DNA from: Microthyrium microscopicum | Taxonomy: Eukaryota | Assembly (NCBI GenBank): GCA_010405405.1 | Contig: MU004231.1 | Coordinates: 2,247,860 to 2,311,859, forward strand | DNA: 64,000 nucleotides | Direction of reading: 5' to 3' | Shown here: positions 36,062-49,900 of the stretch, piece by piece | Layout: the number at the start of each line of letters is the position of its first letter | How positions within the stretch are numbered: position 1 is the stretch's first letter | Program-made: the position numbers and the translations under genes | Notes under the pieces: model-generated | Told to the model about the DNA's origin: nothing | The model's input: only the letters and a program-made list of their open reading frames with translations | The model's database searches: none

Positions 36062-37171
36062 TCAAATTTTGGACGAGGTTTCCTCCCTGAATCTACTACC
36101 ATCCTCTTGATTTTTCAAGAGAAGCTTCAGATCATTTACACGCTCCCACAAGCTACCAAGTCCAGCCTCGACACCTCTCTTTTCTTCCTTGCGCAACCAC
36201 TCTTCGGCTGACTTAGTGCGGGTAGGATGAATCTTATCTAGCAGGTCGAAATCTCGTTGAATGAGACCCTTGTTTCCAACAGAAGCTTCCCACATTTTCA
36301 AGAACCCTGTGAAGTTTTCTCTGATGGTCACTGCCGATGGATCGTCCAGAGCCACTCCATATCCAGAAGAAAAGCCTGCTGCACGTGCCATCGGACCAGT
36401 CTTCCACCAGGTGTCGAGATCAACTGGTTCGTAACGCGCCGGTTTGCCAGTGACTTTTGTGAATGCCTTTGCCATGTCGTCGTAATTGATCATATCGATA
36501 GCAACTTCGAGATCCTTTCCGTTTGACTGGGTCTGGTTGTCAAGCATCCATCGTACGTAGTGTCCACAGTCATCGAGGTCAACGTGCGCAGCTGCTCCCT
36601 GACCTATTGGGACTCGCCAAATAACAACTCCGTCCTCAACTACTGGCTGAAATGGAGTATTCTTTGAAATGGCCATTTGGATATATGGTCCTGTCGTGAA
36701 TAATGCAGCGCCCATCTGAGTGTTGTGCTTTGCTTGATCAAGAATCCACTCTCCGGCTCTTCCCTTGCCATCGTAATGACCTGTCCGAAATTCTGGCTTG
36801 TAGCCACTCTTCTTGTACACAAAGTCAAGATTTCCGTGCACGTAGAACTTGACACCCTCTTCTAGGGCTAGCTCATAGGCTCGCATAGTCCAGAAGATCT
36901 CAGCTTTCTCGCCGCTGTTGAAGCCATCGATGTTGATGAATGCATAGTCTGCTCCATGGAAACCAGCGCGGAGGTCATCTTCACTGAAGAAGGTGCCGCT
37001 GACTAGCGATACGTTTGATGGTGAGAGTGCCTGCAGCTCCATGGCTCGCTTGGAGGAGGTGTCGCGGGTGAGTATGCGGACGCTGTATGAACCGTCTTCG
37101 ACCAGTGACTTGACGATTGGGATTCCTTGAGCCCCTGTGCCGCCAACTATGAAGACAAGTGGTGGTGACAT
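36062..37171 (-). CDS. NmrA-like NAD(P)-binding protein (atypical SDR)
   Basis: 369-aa intronless ORF with VFIVGGTGAQG Rossmann motif, VRILTRD and GHYDGKG. Confidence 0.92.
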   Translation of the reverse strand: MSPPLVFIVGGTGAQGIPIVKSLVEDGSYSVRILTRDTSSKRAMELQALSPSNVSLVSGTFFSEDDLRAGFHGADYAFINIDGFNSGEKAEIFWTMRAYELALEEGVKFYVHGNLDFVYKKSGYKPEFRTGHYDGKGRAGEWILDQAKHNTQMGAALFTTGPYIQMAISKNTPFQPVVEDGVVIWRVPIGQGAAAHVDLDDCGHYVRWMLDNQTQSNGKDLEVAIDMINYDDMAKAFTKVTGKPARYEPVDLDTWWKTGPMARAAGFSSGYGVALDDPSAVTIRENFTGFLKMWEASVGNKGLIQRDFDLLDKIHPTRTKSAEEWLRKEEKRGVEAGLGSLWERVNDLKLLLKNQEDGSRFREETSSKI

Positions 37172-38109
37172 GCTGAAATTGTGACGTATCTGAAGCTCGA
37201 ATCTGTATTAAGATGAAAGGTTTGGGGTTACTAGAGTTGAATCATCCATTTGAAGCAACGTTTATTCTCTTATACCCATTGTCAAAATAGCGAGGATTAG
37301 TGAACATTCTTGGCAAAAGACATGTATACTGATATAATCCTCGATGACCGGATTTGTACCTAGAATTATCATCAAGAGCCGAGGTCCAGCAATACGGCCG
37401 ATGATTCTTATATGTGGTGTTGTTTGTTTTCGCTGGGGCGAGGATGTTGATGGATCATGGTTAGTAATACACTAAAGGTATTTCGTACCTAGTGAGAGCG
37501 ATTGTGAATTGCCTCGGGTGTGTTATACAACTCAGCGATTAGTAGCGCGAGGGCATTGATACGCATAGTCTATCGACTATCAAGCAAGCTTATACTCCCG
37601 TTAGATCTGGTAGGTAGAGTGGCATGAACTTGAGCCTGTTAGCCTTAAGCTGCCAGATCGAAAGGCAGCCAGGCAGCATCAACATATGTGCTCACGTGCT
37701 GGCTTTGCCAGAGATACCAGAAACAGTACGTCAGGCTGGGCGCTGAGCATTTCAGGTATGACCTTCAAGGCGTGAAGACAAAGAGTGCCGGAAGAGAAGA
37801 CGAGATGGGCATGGTGTTCAGAAGATGATGAACTCATTCACGCTAGTCCCAGAAAAGATAAGCGCTTCAAGCTTGCAGGGGAGCTAGCTTCAGCCAATGA
37901 GATAGCAAAGTTCTCAACGTCACTCCCACCAAAAGTTCTGCTCTTGCATTTGTTCACATCGCACATACAAGCTTGGATCTTACAGTCTTGAAACTAACAC
38001 ACATTACATGTCGGCGATCCTGGAGCGTTTATCAAGAACCTAGCGCTTGGCTTGTCAATTCCTTCCCGCACTCTCATATTCTGGTCTGCTGCTCCCAGCC
38101 TTACTTTGG

Positions 38110-38139
38110 TCGCGTCGGGACCCCTCAACGCGTCGCGTG
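38110..38139. promoter_or_regulatory. Cluster of MCB-like (ACGCGT/CGCG) elements just upstream of HAT2
   Basis: TCGCGTC...ACGCGTCGCGTG within 45 bp of the ATG. The MluI cell-cycle box consensus is ACGCGT. Confidence 0.45.
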
Positions 38140-38150
38140 CTAATTGCGAA

Positions 38151-39595
38151 ATGGCGGAAGTTGAAGGTATGTCATTATGTCCAACTCAGCTGGTTTGTCG
38201 TAGCTAACTTTGCAAATAGATCAGCAAGATGCTGAATACAACCGCGAGCAGAAGATAATAAATGAAGAGTACAAGATATGGAAAAAGGCGGCCCCCCTTC
38301 TCTACGATAGCATTCACACCAATGTCCTGGATTGGCCGTCACTTACATGCCAATGGTTTCCTGATGTCAAAAAGCGAGTCAATAAACTGCCGTTTCTGTA
38401 ATCATGCGCTAACATACGCCATCAGGGATCCCGAGTCCGGTCAAGAGGAGCACCGTCTTCTGCTCGGTAGCATGACCTCCTCACAAGCGAGCGATTGCAT
38501 CAAAATTGCGAGATGGGTGAAGCCAACATTCAAATTAGACCCTAAAGATTTCAATGCCGAAACTGGAGAGGCTGGCGGCCATGGCGCGGCCATGAGTCAA
38601 TACAAATTCGAAGTCATACAAGAAATCAATCATACTGGCGACGTCAATAAAGCCCGATATATGCCTAGCAACCCAAACCTCATTGCCTCTATGGGAGGCA
38701 CCGGTACCCTTCACATATTCGATCGATCCAAGCTCGACAGCAAACCAAAGAATGACGAGGTGACGCCTCATATCCAGCTGGTTGGTCATGAGAAGGAGGG
38801 ATTTGGACTCGCTTGGAACGATATCAAGGAAGGATTGTTGGCAAGTGGAAGCGAAGATGAGACGGTCCGTATCTGGGACGTCAAGAGCGAGTACACTTCT
38901 GGGTCAGCGCACGAGATGCAGGCGACTCATGTTCTCACCCACCACACATCCACCGTGAACGATGTCGATTGGCAGAAACACAGCGAGAATATCCTCGCAA
39001 CTGTTTCTGATGATCGCACACTAGCAATTGTAGATGTTCGTGAACCCAAGAACGCAGCCATCAAGACCACTGCACACAAGTCTGCTGCAAATTGCGTCGC
39101 ATGGTCACCCGCACACGAGAATCTCCTACTAACTGGTGGATCGGATTGTACTGTGGCTATGTGGGACTGGCGACAAATCAAGGAGGGTCAGAAGATACAT
39201 TCCTTCGAGAACCATGCCCAGAGTGTTATTGGTGTTCAGTGGTCCGTACATGATCCCACGTTCTTCGCCAGTGCCAGCGATGATCGACGCATCAACATCT
39301 GGAACTTCCTCAAGATGGGCGAGGAACAAACGCCTGACGAGGCAGAAGACGGTCCTCCAGAGCTGTAAGTCAAACTAATGGAACCGTATTATTGTTACTA
39401 ATCATCCGCAGAATCTTCAAGCATGGGGGATTCACACAACGTATCTGTGATCTCAGCTGGAACCCCAACCTTGAGTGGACAATTGCTGCGACAGCTGATG
39501 ATAATCAACTCCAAATCTTTACGCCTCAACGCAAATTAGTCACCCCACAACCTTTCAAGGCTATCGCTCAGATGGGCGATGTTGAAGACTCGTGA
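38151..39595 (+). CDS. HAT2: Histone-binding WD40 protein, RBBP4/Msi1/Hat2 family, 4 exons
   Basis: INEEYKIWKK..P.LYD...LDWPSLTCQWFPD, H.GDVNKARYMP.NP, GHEKEGFGLAWN, EDGPPEL-IFKHGG. Intron 2 is GC-AG. Confidence 0.9.
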
Positions 39596-40637
39596 ATAAC
39601 TTAGCCTCTTCTCCTTTTACTGTATACTAGCGCTACGGTTCCTTTACATTTGGGGCACAAAGTTCTTGGTGTGGTTCATTAATGAGCGGGCACGGTTGGT
39701 TGCCGTTCAATACCGAACAACTTTGTTCCAATTCCATGTTCTAGTCAACATAATCGAGATTTAAGCACTGCTCAAACTTCCGTTAACTATGGGCCTAACT
39801 CCATGTCTTCTTGCCGTATTTCCTATTGATCCGGGACAAGCTAAAAGCATCATTACACGGTAAGCCAAAAGCTAGTAATGACTACTTGCATGCTCTAGGC
39901 ATATAGAATCGGGCATGCGTATGTGATAGGCAGCTTGATATTCGTTGACCAGAACCAGAGATCGCACGCCAGGACTGTGAGCCTCCAGGACATACTCGCA
40001 AATGCTCAGCAAGAGCTCATGGGGAAGAGACGTTAGTGAGCGGATAGCCATATCATGATCTAGCAGTTATTGTGATAGGTGCAGACTCGAAAGATATCGA
40101 AATGAGGCGATAAGTTGATGAGTTTACAATTGAGAAAAGCTGCGGAGACGACTGGAGGATCTTTGATGGATGGTCGTGTGCAATTTTGACCACGCTTCGT
40201 TCAAATCTGCTCTTCATAAGATTACCCGAAACAAGTCATCTTCAAAAGCTGCTGAATATATTTTTGAATATCGCCATGCTCTGTAATACCTCCAAAGTTG
40301 TTGTATGGGAATTCAATTGCTAAGCTGCTTACTGAGAGTTCGTTAACAGAAAAAAAGTCCCCCACGGGTCAAGACAAAAATGGGCACTTATCTAGCGACG
40401 TTTTCGAGTCTGTCAATTTTCAGGGCATGGAGTTCGCAAATCTATCATCTTGTCCATTTAGGACCAAACTCAACATAGCCCCTTGTTTAGGCTGTGGTCC
40501 ATTTCCAGGACTGTGGTAGGAATTCGAGAGGAATGAGGATCGTCTGGGATCACATTCACATCTTGCTTTCGCATGGACTAGAGTTATTCCTACTTCACTT
40601 CTTTGAATGTTACCTGTAGTTCTATACGAGGTTACTA

Positions 40638-41112
40638 CAGTGCTGTCGGGGTTCAGTTGTCCCCCCCCTAAAAACATGAAATGGCGCTTCAGGGCCTGAT
40701 TGGAGGGCGAGGAGATCTAAAGAGTGCGTTAGTATGCAAATTTAGCGGCGTAGCCCCTTAGATCAATCTTACCAACTCCATCATCTTCCTAAATAACAAT
40801 ATTATCAGTTCTGAAGCCAAATCTTTAATAAATATCTTGAATTTTGGGGGTTCTAATATATCTTAAAGCTAGTAGCAAGTAGTTTTTAGTACTAGAATCT
40901 TACTCTCTAAGTCGCGAATATGGCTTTAAAAGCGATACAAGATGTGGTATTTAGGAAGGATGGTTCAAAGGGGCTGCTAATGGGCCGCGACCGGGCGGCG
41001 CCCTACAAATTTGCACTGTAACGCCCATCCTGTCCCGTACATCCACCCAATTACGGCGTGTTCTGCAAACCATTCAAATCGACGGGGGGACAACTGAACC
41101 CCGACAGCACTG
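40638..41112. mobile_element. Non-autonomous Tc1/mariner-type TIR element (MITE or deletion derivative), 475 bp
   Basis: Perfect 29-bp TIRs CAGTGCTGTCGGGGTTCAGTTGTCCCCCC with TA on both sides (40636-40637, 41113-41114). No intact ORF. Confidence 0.92.
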
Positions 41113-43739
41113 TATTGCAAAGAAAGGTTCCTACATTTCGTCGCAATTTGATCCATATAATGATTCCATTGGTCACTAGCCTTTTCTATTTGTGGCTATG
41201 CAGCAACAAAATATACAAACAACTGTGTCCTACGGGTGTACTGGTTGTCAGCCAAATTTAAAAGTATGAGCCGACGTCACTCACTGGCTCAGACTCCAGA
41301 GACAAGGACGAGCTTCCCGCATTCCGAATTCCTGTTGACGACTATTGGCTTGTTTTGGGTCATCCCTTTGCATTCCGTGGTGTTCGTGCACGTTTTAGTG
41401 TCAATTAGTGTTAAGCTTTTGGCCAATCCCATCCTCAATTTCCAGCCAAATCACAACCTTATTTTGTATGAGAGGGGGCAGTTTTTGGTGCAGGATTAGT
41501 TTCCACTCCCCCCTTCCAGAGGCCCCCCCTATCTAGAGGCCCCCCTAGCTACGTTGGAGGGCTTTAAGCCTAAGCTTTTGGTAGCAACGCTACTAAAAGC
41601 TTAGAATTGAAGCCTTCTAGGTTAGTATGCTAATAGATTTGTGCTTACGCTTTGCGAATATAAGATTTAGTATCTAAAGCGCGTTTAGAACGCGTTAGTA
41701 AAGTAAAGATAAAGAAGACTTATAGATTCTATAGTTTTATAGGTAATTATACTACTAGATTAGTTTTAGAGAGCTAAAGGTAATATAAATAAGATATTAA
41801 GATTCTTATTAGTTTTATTAGTTTACTAAAGTATTAATTTTGCCTTAAATTCTTTAAAAATACTACCTTAAGATAGCTAAAATGTTAATATACTTAGTAT
41901 TAAATTAGGTGTTTAGAACTAAGGATAAAATATATACTACTTTAAGGAAGTATGCTATTTTAAAGTACTTTTAGTTAGGTATAATTAATATTAATAAGAA
42001 GAAGTATAGAATATATTATAATTAGGTAAAAGGACGTAATGAAGAGTATCCTTAGCGTGCTAAAACTATCTTATAATTAAATAAGAATAGTAGAGTTACT
42101 TAGAGGGTTAGTATTCTTAATTCTAATAATATTTATACTTATTAAGGGCTTCCTTTACTATTACGAGTAATAGGATTGTAGGTAAAGACTATTACTAAAG
42201 CGTTAATAGAAGTAGGGGGTGCTATCTTGCTAAGGACGCTTATTTAAGACGTATAGGATATATTGCTTTATTCTATTAGTTATAAACTAAGCGCGTATTA
42301 AATTAATAAGACTAAGAGGAAGATATTTAAGAGGTCTACTAATGACTTCTTAGATTCTTATTTCTAGTTCCTTAACTATATTTAATGCTTAAAATAGGCT
42401 AATTCTAACGTGTTTATAAGTATTAAATTAGTAGTAGAGGGGTAGTATAAACGTATATTTATCTACTTACGCGTTAGTAAAACTTTATAGGTAAATATAT
42501 CTAGAATTATCTATTTAGATACGTACTATTATAAAGAAGACTATGATTTATATCTTACTATAGCCGTAAGTATTAATAGTAATAGGGAATTATTAATTTA
42601 TATATAGATAGTATTTAAAAGCAAGTTAAATAAGTCTTAGAGGTAGTTCTATAGGTGCTTAAATAAAGTAATGCTAGGAATTAAGATAAGTGAGTAAAAA
42701 GATAAGAAATATTTCTATTTACCTAAAGATCTTTCTATTAGCCTATTAGCTAGAATATTAAATATTCTAGCCCTTAGTAGCCTTAGTATACCCTATTAAA
42801 CGTATTAAATATTATAATATTATAATTCTATAGTACTTCCTATATCTTTATATCTTTTTACTTTATCTAATTTATTTTGTTTTTAGTACCTCGTTCTATA
42901 ATTTTTTTAGATTATAATAAAAGTCTTTAAAATGCTATTCCTAAGGTATTTATAAATATAAATTCTAAGTAGTATACATAATACTTATTTAAGAACGTTA
43001 CTAAAAAATACTATTTAATAGCTATAAGCAAATATATGCTTTAGTATGCTAGCTATACTTCCTAAAATTAGTTTAACTTCTTTCTTTACTAAGATTATAT
43101 TACCTTTAACGCTAAATATATTAAGATTATTTGTTCCTATCTTCCTAAATAGTAGGTTCTTAAAGATTTTAAGAGTCTAAGATATAGCGTAATAACTTTA
43201 AACTACGTTAAATCTACTAATACTGCTATACTTTTTATAAGAGAGAATTATCTTCTTTTTATACTTAATACTATTTAGAACTACGTTATATAAAAGTATA
43301 TAGATTAATCCTACGCCATTACTATTACTCTTAAACGTTTACCTCTCTATTACTTAATTTTATATATATCTTTTACCTTATACGCGTAAAATCTACTTTA
43401 AGAATATCTTAAGTTAAATAGGGCTTAATTCTTATCATACATAGTTAATTCCTAGGGTAGTATTAATAATAATATCTCTAAAGCTTTAGTAGTTATTTAA
43501 ATATATAATAAGAACTAGTAGGATATAAAGAACTATAGGTTAAGTCTTTATACTTAATTCTATAGCTATTTACGCTAGTAGAATAAGTTATTCCTTTACT
43601 CATACGCTATTACTATAATCTAATATTTACGTAGAGATCCTATAGAGTTTATAGATTAAATCTACTTCCTTTAGACTATTAAGAAATACTATCTTAACTT
43701 TAAAGAAGGTAAAAATAATATAATTAATTGTACTATGAG

Positions 43740-43901
43740 TATTATAAGTTAGATAACGAAGAGATAAGTTATATTATAAGCCTGCTAAATAGGAAGGTAA
43801 CTTAGAGAGAAAAAAGAGTTGAGAGACTCTTTAATTAAGGTATTTATATATAATAGGGGTAGCCTAAATAGGTATAGCTTTAGGAGGTTTAACCCTTAAT
43901 A
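43740..43901 (-). repeat. 3' LTR, 162 bp
   Basis: Direct repeat of 51147..51308. Ends TATT...AATA are the RIP form of TGTT...AACA. Confidence 0.92.
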
Positions 43902-46900
43902 TTATCCTTCCTATCTAAAAAAAATTCTAGCTAAAATACTAAGTTAATTATAAGATCCTAATTTTATTTAGCTATATCTAACGCTTATTATTCTTATAGT
44001 TTGTAATAGAGCTTTTATTTGTAATATATAGATCTATATATTTATTTTTAGGTATAAAATATAAAGCTTAGGTTATTAACTATTAGTTCTATACTAGTAT
44101 TTTGCCTATTTTAGACTAAATTCTAGGTATAAGGCTCCTTTTTTAGCGTATAATATTAGTTCTTTTTAGTTATAATCTTATAAAGGTTACTTAATTAGCA
44201 AGTTGTCTTATTTATACTTAGTTAGAGCTCTATTATAATATTAAAGAATAAGATTAAAAGAACGTAATTATAGTTAAGTTACTATGCTTCTACCTATATA
44301 TTTAGAGGATATAAAGTAATATTATTTTATAGAGTTAACTATTCTTCCTTTATTATACTTTAAATAAGCTTCTTCTCTTTTAATTAGTCCTTATTAAGTT
44401 TCTTCTTCCTTGCCTAATTAATTAATTAATTAATCTATTAATTAATTAATTAATTAGGTAAGTTATTTATTATAATAGCTATAGCCTTATTAATTATATA
44501 AAGATAGCTACCCTAATTATTAACGCTTTTAATAATACTATTAGCTTTAACGATTATATTCTTATTACTATTACTTCTCCTTATATATATATTATTAATT
44601 ATAATGCTCCTTAACCTTATCTACCTACTATATATAAAGTAGCTATACGTAAGGCTTATTAGAATAACGTAAATAAGGGCTTTTATACTCTTGCTTAAGT
44701 TTTACTTTATTATTAGAATAATATTATTTATAACTTAAGTCCTTATTTACTAATTACTTTTATCTATAAGAAGATATATATAGTTATTAACTACTATAAT
44801 CTATAAAACTATGTTTTGTTTAAGGTACTTTATATTAACTAGACTATATATATTTTCTTTATTTTTCTTAGTTTATACTAATATATTTATAGAGTAAAGC
44901 TATTTATATTATAGCTAACTATTTTCTTAATTTCTTTAATAACTATCTTAACTTATTAAACGCCTTCTCTAAGGGATTTATTAATAGTTTATAGTCTAAC
45001 GTTCGTAGTATTATAATCTATTAGAATATCTTTACTATAATTTAGTTAACTAGTAGCTAGGCTAGTTATCTTAAGGCCTTAAGTATTTATTATATAGGTG
45101 TTCTATAACTTAAGGAGACTAAGGTTTATAAGGAATAGCGTTATACTTACTATATTAGCTATTTTAATTCTAAGAATTAGCTATAGTATATTAATTATAT
45201 TTAGCTTTTAGGATTTTATAATAATATATATTTAAATTACGTTTATAATAATAATATTAGCTTAAGTAAGAAGTATCTTTATAATAATAAGGAGGAGGTT
45301 ACTAAAGAGAATAAGAATCCTTTATTATTAACTATTTACTTTAGTTTTCTTATACCTTAGGATACTACTTAAGTTTATTTTCTTTAGTAATAAAGGTTTA
45401 TTAAGCGTATCTTATTTCTTTAGTTTTCTTATATTTTTATAATTTTCTAGTTTTATTTAGTAAGAAAGAAGGTCTTAGTATAGATAAAAGAAAAGTATTT
45501 CTATATATAGATTATAAATAGTACTTTTAATTATATCTCTATAAAGTTAATTACTATAATAAGAAGGCTAGTTTTTAATCTTAGTTATACTTAAAAAATA
45601 GACTAGTTTAGTATTAATCTTTTATAATTATTTTATATATGCTTTATCTTCTCTATTTACTTTATATAAGCTTCTAATTATTTAATAAAGTTAATTAGTT
45701 CTTTCGTTATGTTTAAATAATCTACTTATTTAATAATATAAACTATATAGAGTTTGCTCTTTATTATTTTCTTATATTTTTTAGCTATAATCTTTTCTAC
45801 TAGCTATTCCTTTTATTTCTCTCTATTTAAGTTCTTAACTAAGATTAATAGTAGATAAAAATTATTAGCGTCTTAACTTAAGAATAAGTTATTTATTACT
45901 AGTCTAAGTAAGTTAACATAGAATTTCTTAGTTTTCTATAGTATATTTAGTATAATTATATATAAGCTTACTACCTTTATAACTTAGAACTTAGAATAAT
46001 AATAATTAAACTTCTTCTTTACTTATTTAGTCTTAGTATTCTTTAGGTCTAGCTAGACTTAATTACTAACTTTATACTTAGGCGTTTAGATCCTTATTTA
46101 GTTAGCTTATTCTTATATCCTTTCTTAAGTAAGAGTTATAGTATCTTAAGCCTATTTTATAGCTTTTAAAATTATATAAGTAGCTTCTTTTCCTTTCTTT
46201 TTTAGAGTATCTTTTTATTTAGATAAAAGAGCTTACTTAAGGAAGTTTAGAAAGGTAGAGTTTTTAAAGCTATAAGATAGAAAGAAGAATAAAAGTTCTA
46301 TTATAAATAAGTATTATAAGTTAAGTATAAGTTAAAATATTAGTATTAGTAAGAACTAGTTTAATTATATATAATTTATATATATTTATACTTTAGTTTT
46401 AATATCTAAGTTTTATTATTCTATAGAGCTATTTATTTAGAAGTAAAATATAGTTAATAATTATAGTTCTATTTATAGTAGTACGTAGAACTTTGTCTAG
46501 AAGTCTCTTATAAATACTAAGTTATAATTATAGATAATTACGTTAGAAATACTATAAAGAAAATAGATACGTTATAAGAAAATAGCTATAACGTTTTTAG
46601 CTTCTTTCTAAGTAAGAGGAATTAAGATTACTTCTTTATTTAGCTAATTAGTAATAACTATTAAGATTATATATTTATTTAATAAAGAAAGGTTTATTAT
46701 AAAATTTATAGATAGTTCTTACTATTATTAGCTTAAAATAGATAAAGGCTTTAGAAAGCCTTTTTTTTACTTATAACTAACCTTTAATTAGCTATATATA
46801 CTATAATTTTTTATAAAATATTTTATATTAGCTATAATTCTAGGCTAGAAGAAGTATAGCTATAGAGCTTAGTAAGTACTTTTATAACTAGGATAGCCTT

Positions 46901-49900
46901 AGGTTAAGAATATATAAGCTACTTATAGTATTACTATTTATAGAGGTTCTAGATTTAGGATCTATAATTATCTTCTCTAGTAAAGGTAATCCTTACTATT
47001 AATTAAGTAGTTAAGAATAAAGATCTTAATACTTATAATTAATAAGGGAAACTTTTATCTACTAGCTTTAATTATTTAATAAGCTACTTAATAGGTATTA
47101 TTAGCCTATACTACTTTATTTTATTAGGTTACTAATAGTTTAGAAATATTTAGTATTAATAGTAGTAAGCTAAGGATTAAAGCTTTATTAGCTAGTAGAG
47201 TCTTTACTAATTTATTTTTAACTACTATAAAAAGGGTAATAATATAAATAAGTAAGGCTTATAGTAGTTTAAGTAATTAATTTTTTTAGGTATAAAGTAG
47301 TTAGAAAGTTCTAATCTAGATCTTTTTATTAGCTATATCTTAGGATATATTTTATTTATAATAAGAGAGACTATCTACTACGCTATTCTATAGGCTTAGT
47401 TAATACTTAATTATTATATTATATTTTATAAGTTTAATAGACTATTAGATATATCTTTCTATAAGCTTCTATAGTTTTATAAAATACTTTAGATTCTTAT
47501 AATTAGATATTATTTTAAACTTTTTTACTACTTATAGCTTTAAGTTTTATTCTTTTAGAATAAATATAATTATAAGTATCTCTTTATTATAAATTAAGTA
47601 GTTACTTTAAGTAGAGTTATACTTTTTAGAGAAATAGGCTACTAGTTAAAACTTACTTATCTTATTTTTTTATACTAGTATAGCTCTTAAAAAGTAACTA
47701 GAAGAGTTAATATAGATAAGAGTCTCTTTATTATAATTAAATAGAGCTAGTATTTAGTTAGTAGTAAAGAGCTATTTTAGCTCCTTAAATATAGCTTTCT
47801 TTAGGTCTTTAAATAAAAAGAGAACGTTCTTCTAAGTAAGTTAAACTAGAGGTTTTATAATTATTTAAAAATTTAGTATAAACTTATAATAAAAGTTAGT
47901 AAAGCTAAGGAAAGCTTAAATTCTATAAATATTCTTAGGAGCCTTTTATTCTTAAATTACTTTAACTTTAGCTAGGTTTATTAAGATTCTTTATCTAGCC
48001 TTAATAATATAGCCTAAGTATATTATTTAAGTAGTTATAAATTTATATTTCTAAATATTAAGGTAGAGTTCTACTTTTTATAGCTACTTAAGAACTTTAT
48101 AGATATAGGCCTTATATTACTTCTTAATACTTAAGCTAAAGATTAAGATATTATTTAAGTATATAGAAATATAATTATTTAAGATATTTTAAAGAGTAGA
48201 GTTAATAAACCTTTAAAAGGTACTTAGAGTATTTAATAACCTAAATAGTATTACTATTTATTTAAATAAGCTATATTATATCTAAAAGGCTATCTTTTAT
48301 TTATTACTCTTATATATCTAAATCTTATAGAATACTTAAGATACGTCTAGCTTAGTAAACTATTATACCTTTCTTAAGGTATTTAGTATCTTATAGATAA
48401 GTAGTAAAAGGTAATAGTCTTTTATAATTAACTTATTTAATACGTAATAGTTATAATAAAACTAAATTAATCTATCTACTTTATAAATAAAGAGAACTAG
48501 TACTCTAATAGGTAAGTTACTTACTTAAATAAATCTATTTTCTAGTAGATTATTAAGAATTCTTTTAAGAGCTAGCAATTTATCTTAATTTATAAGGTAT
48601 AATACCTACTAAGGTAACTAAGATTCCTTTCTATTAGCGTTTAAGATTAGGTTAATCTTATAGTCTATAAAAGAGCTTTAAATAGGTAGCTATTTATTAG
48701 CTAGCTCTCTTTAAAAGAGGTTAAGATAATTTAAATACTATTTAGGAAGCTTCCTATAAAAGTTAATATACTTCTTTAGAGTAAAAGCTTTTTATAAGTT
48801 ATAAAGACTTATAATAAAGACTTATATAATTAATATTAAGCTTTCTTAAGACTATCTTATTTACTTTCTAGCTTATTAAATAAGTATTTTAAATACTATA
48901 GCCCTAATTACTATATAGTTATACTTCTTTTAAGGAGTCTTTAGACTTATAACTATATAATTTATTTTATTAAAGACTAGCTTCTTAGGTTTTATATAGA
49001 GAATAATATTCTATTTCTTTATCTAAGATAAGCTAAGGATTATATTATAGCTTAGGGTCTCTTTTACTATAAAGGCTTAAATAGTTTCTTTATAGCTTTT
49101 AATATTAATCTTTATAATTACTATTTTATAGATTTTTTTAACCTTGCTATTTATCTCTTTAATAGGAATTACTTAAGGTAGTAATATATATTTAAGTTTA
49201 CGTCTTTAGGTAAAGTAAAGACTTATAAAGGAATAGGTTAAATAGCTACTATTAATAAAGCCTATATATAAAGAAAGTTAATTTATTATTAAAAGTATTA
49301 AAAAGGGTTTTATAACTATATTCTAAATAAAGAACTTCTAATACTATTTTAAAATAATATTTTTATAATTTTCTAGCTTAGTATTACATCTTTAATCTAA
49401 GCTTACTAGTTTTCTAATTCTATATTAGTAACGTTATATAGATTATTATAAGGGTTATTATTTCTTAGCTAAGTAGTAGTAGCTCTTACTAGCTAGCTAC
49501 TTTAGAAAATATTTAGAGCATTAGTAGTACTAGCTTAGAATCTACTAGTATTATCTTATAAGTATTTGCCTTTAGTAGTACTTTCTCTACTTTATTCTTA
49601 TCTATAGCTAGCTTAGCTATAAAAGGAATTCTAACTTCTAAATAATACTTAGGGTACCTATTTATAATTCTAAATCTTATAATTAGTTAAGCTATAGTAA
49701 AAATAAAGGTTATTTTGCTTATAATAGTTATACTAGGCTTAGCTAGCTCTAACTTAGACGCCTTTTATTACGTCTAAGTCTTAATTCTTAGATAGTTAAT
49801 TTTACTAAGTATTTATTTTAGCGCTTAGGCTTCTTAGGCTATAATAGTTTATATAGGCTTAAACTATTTAATTCTAAGTCTCTAAAGCTTCTTAGGTAAA

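Noticed and set aside
40420..41261. Two ORFs sharing GGQLNPDSTV as duplicated genes
   Set aside because: The shared peptide is simply the TIR read on opposite strands.
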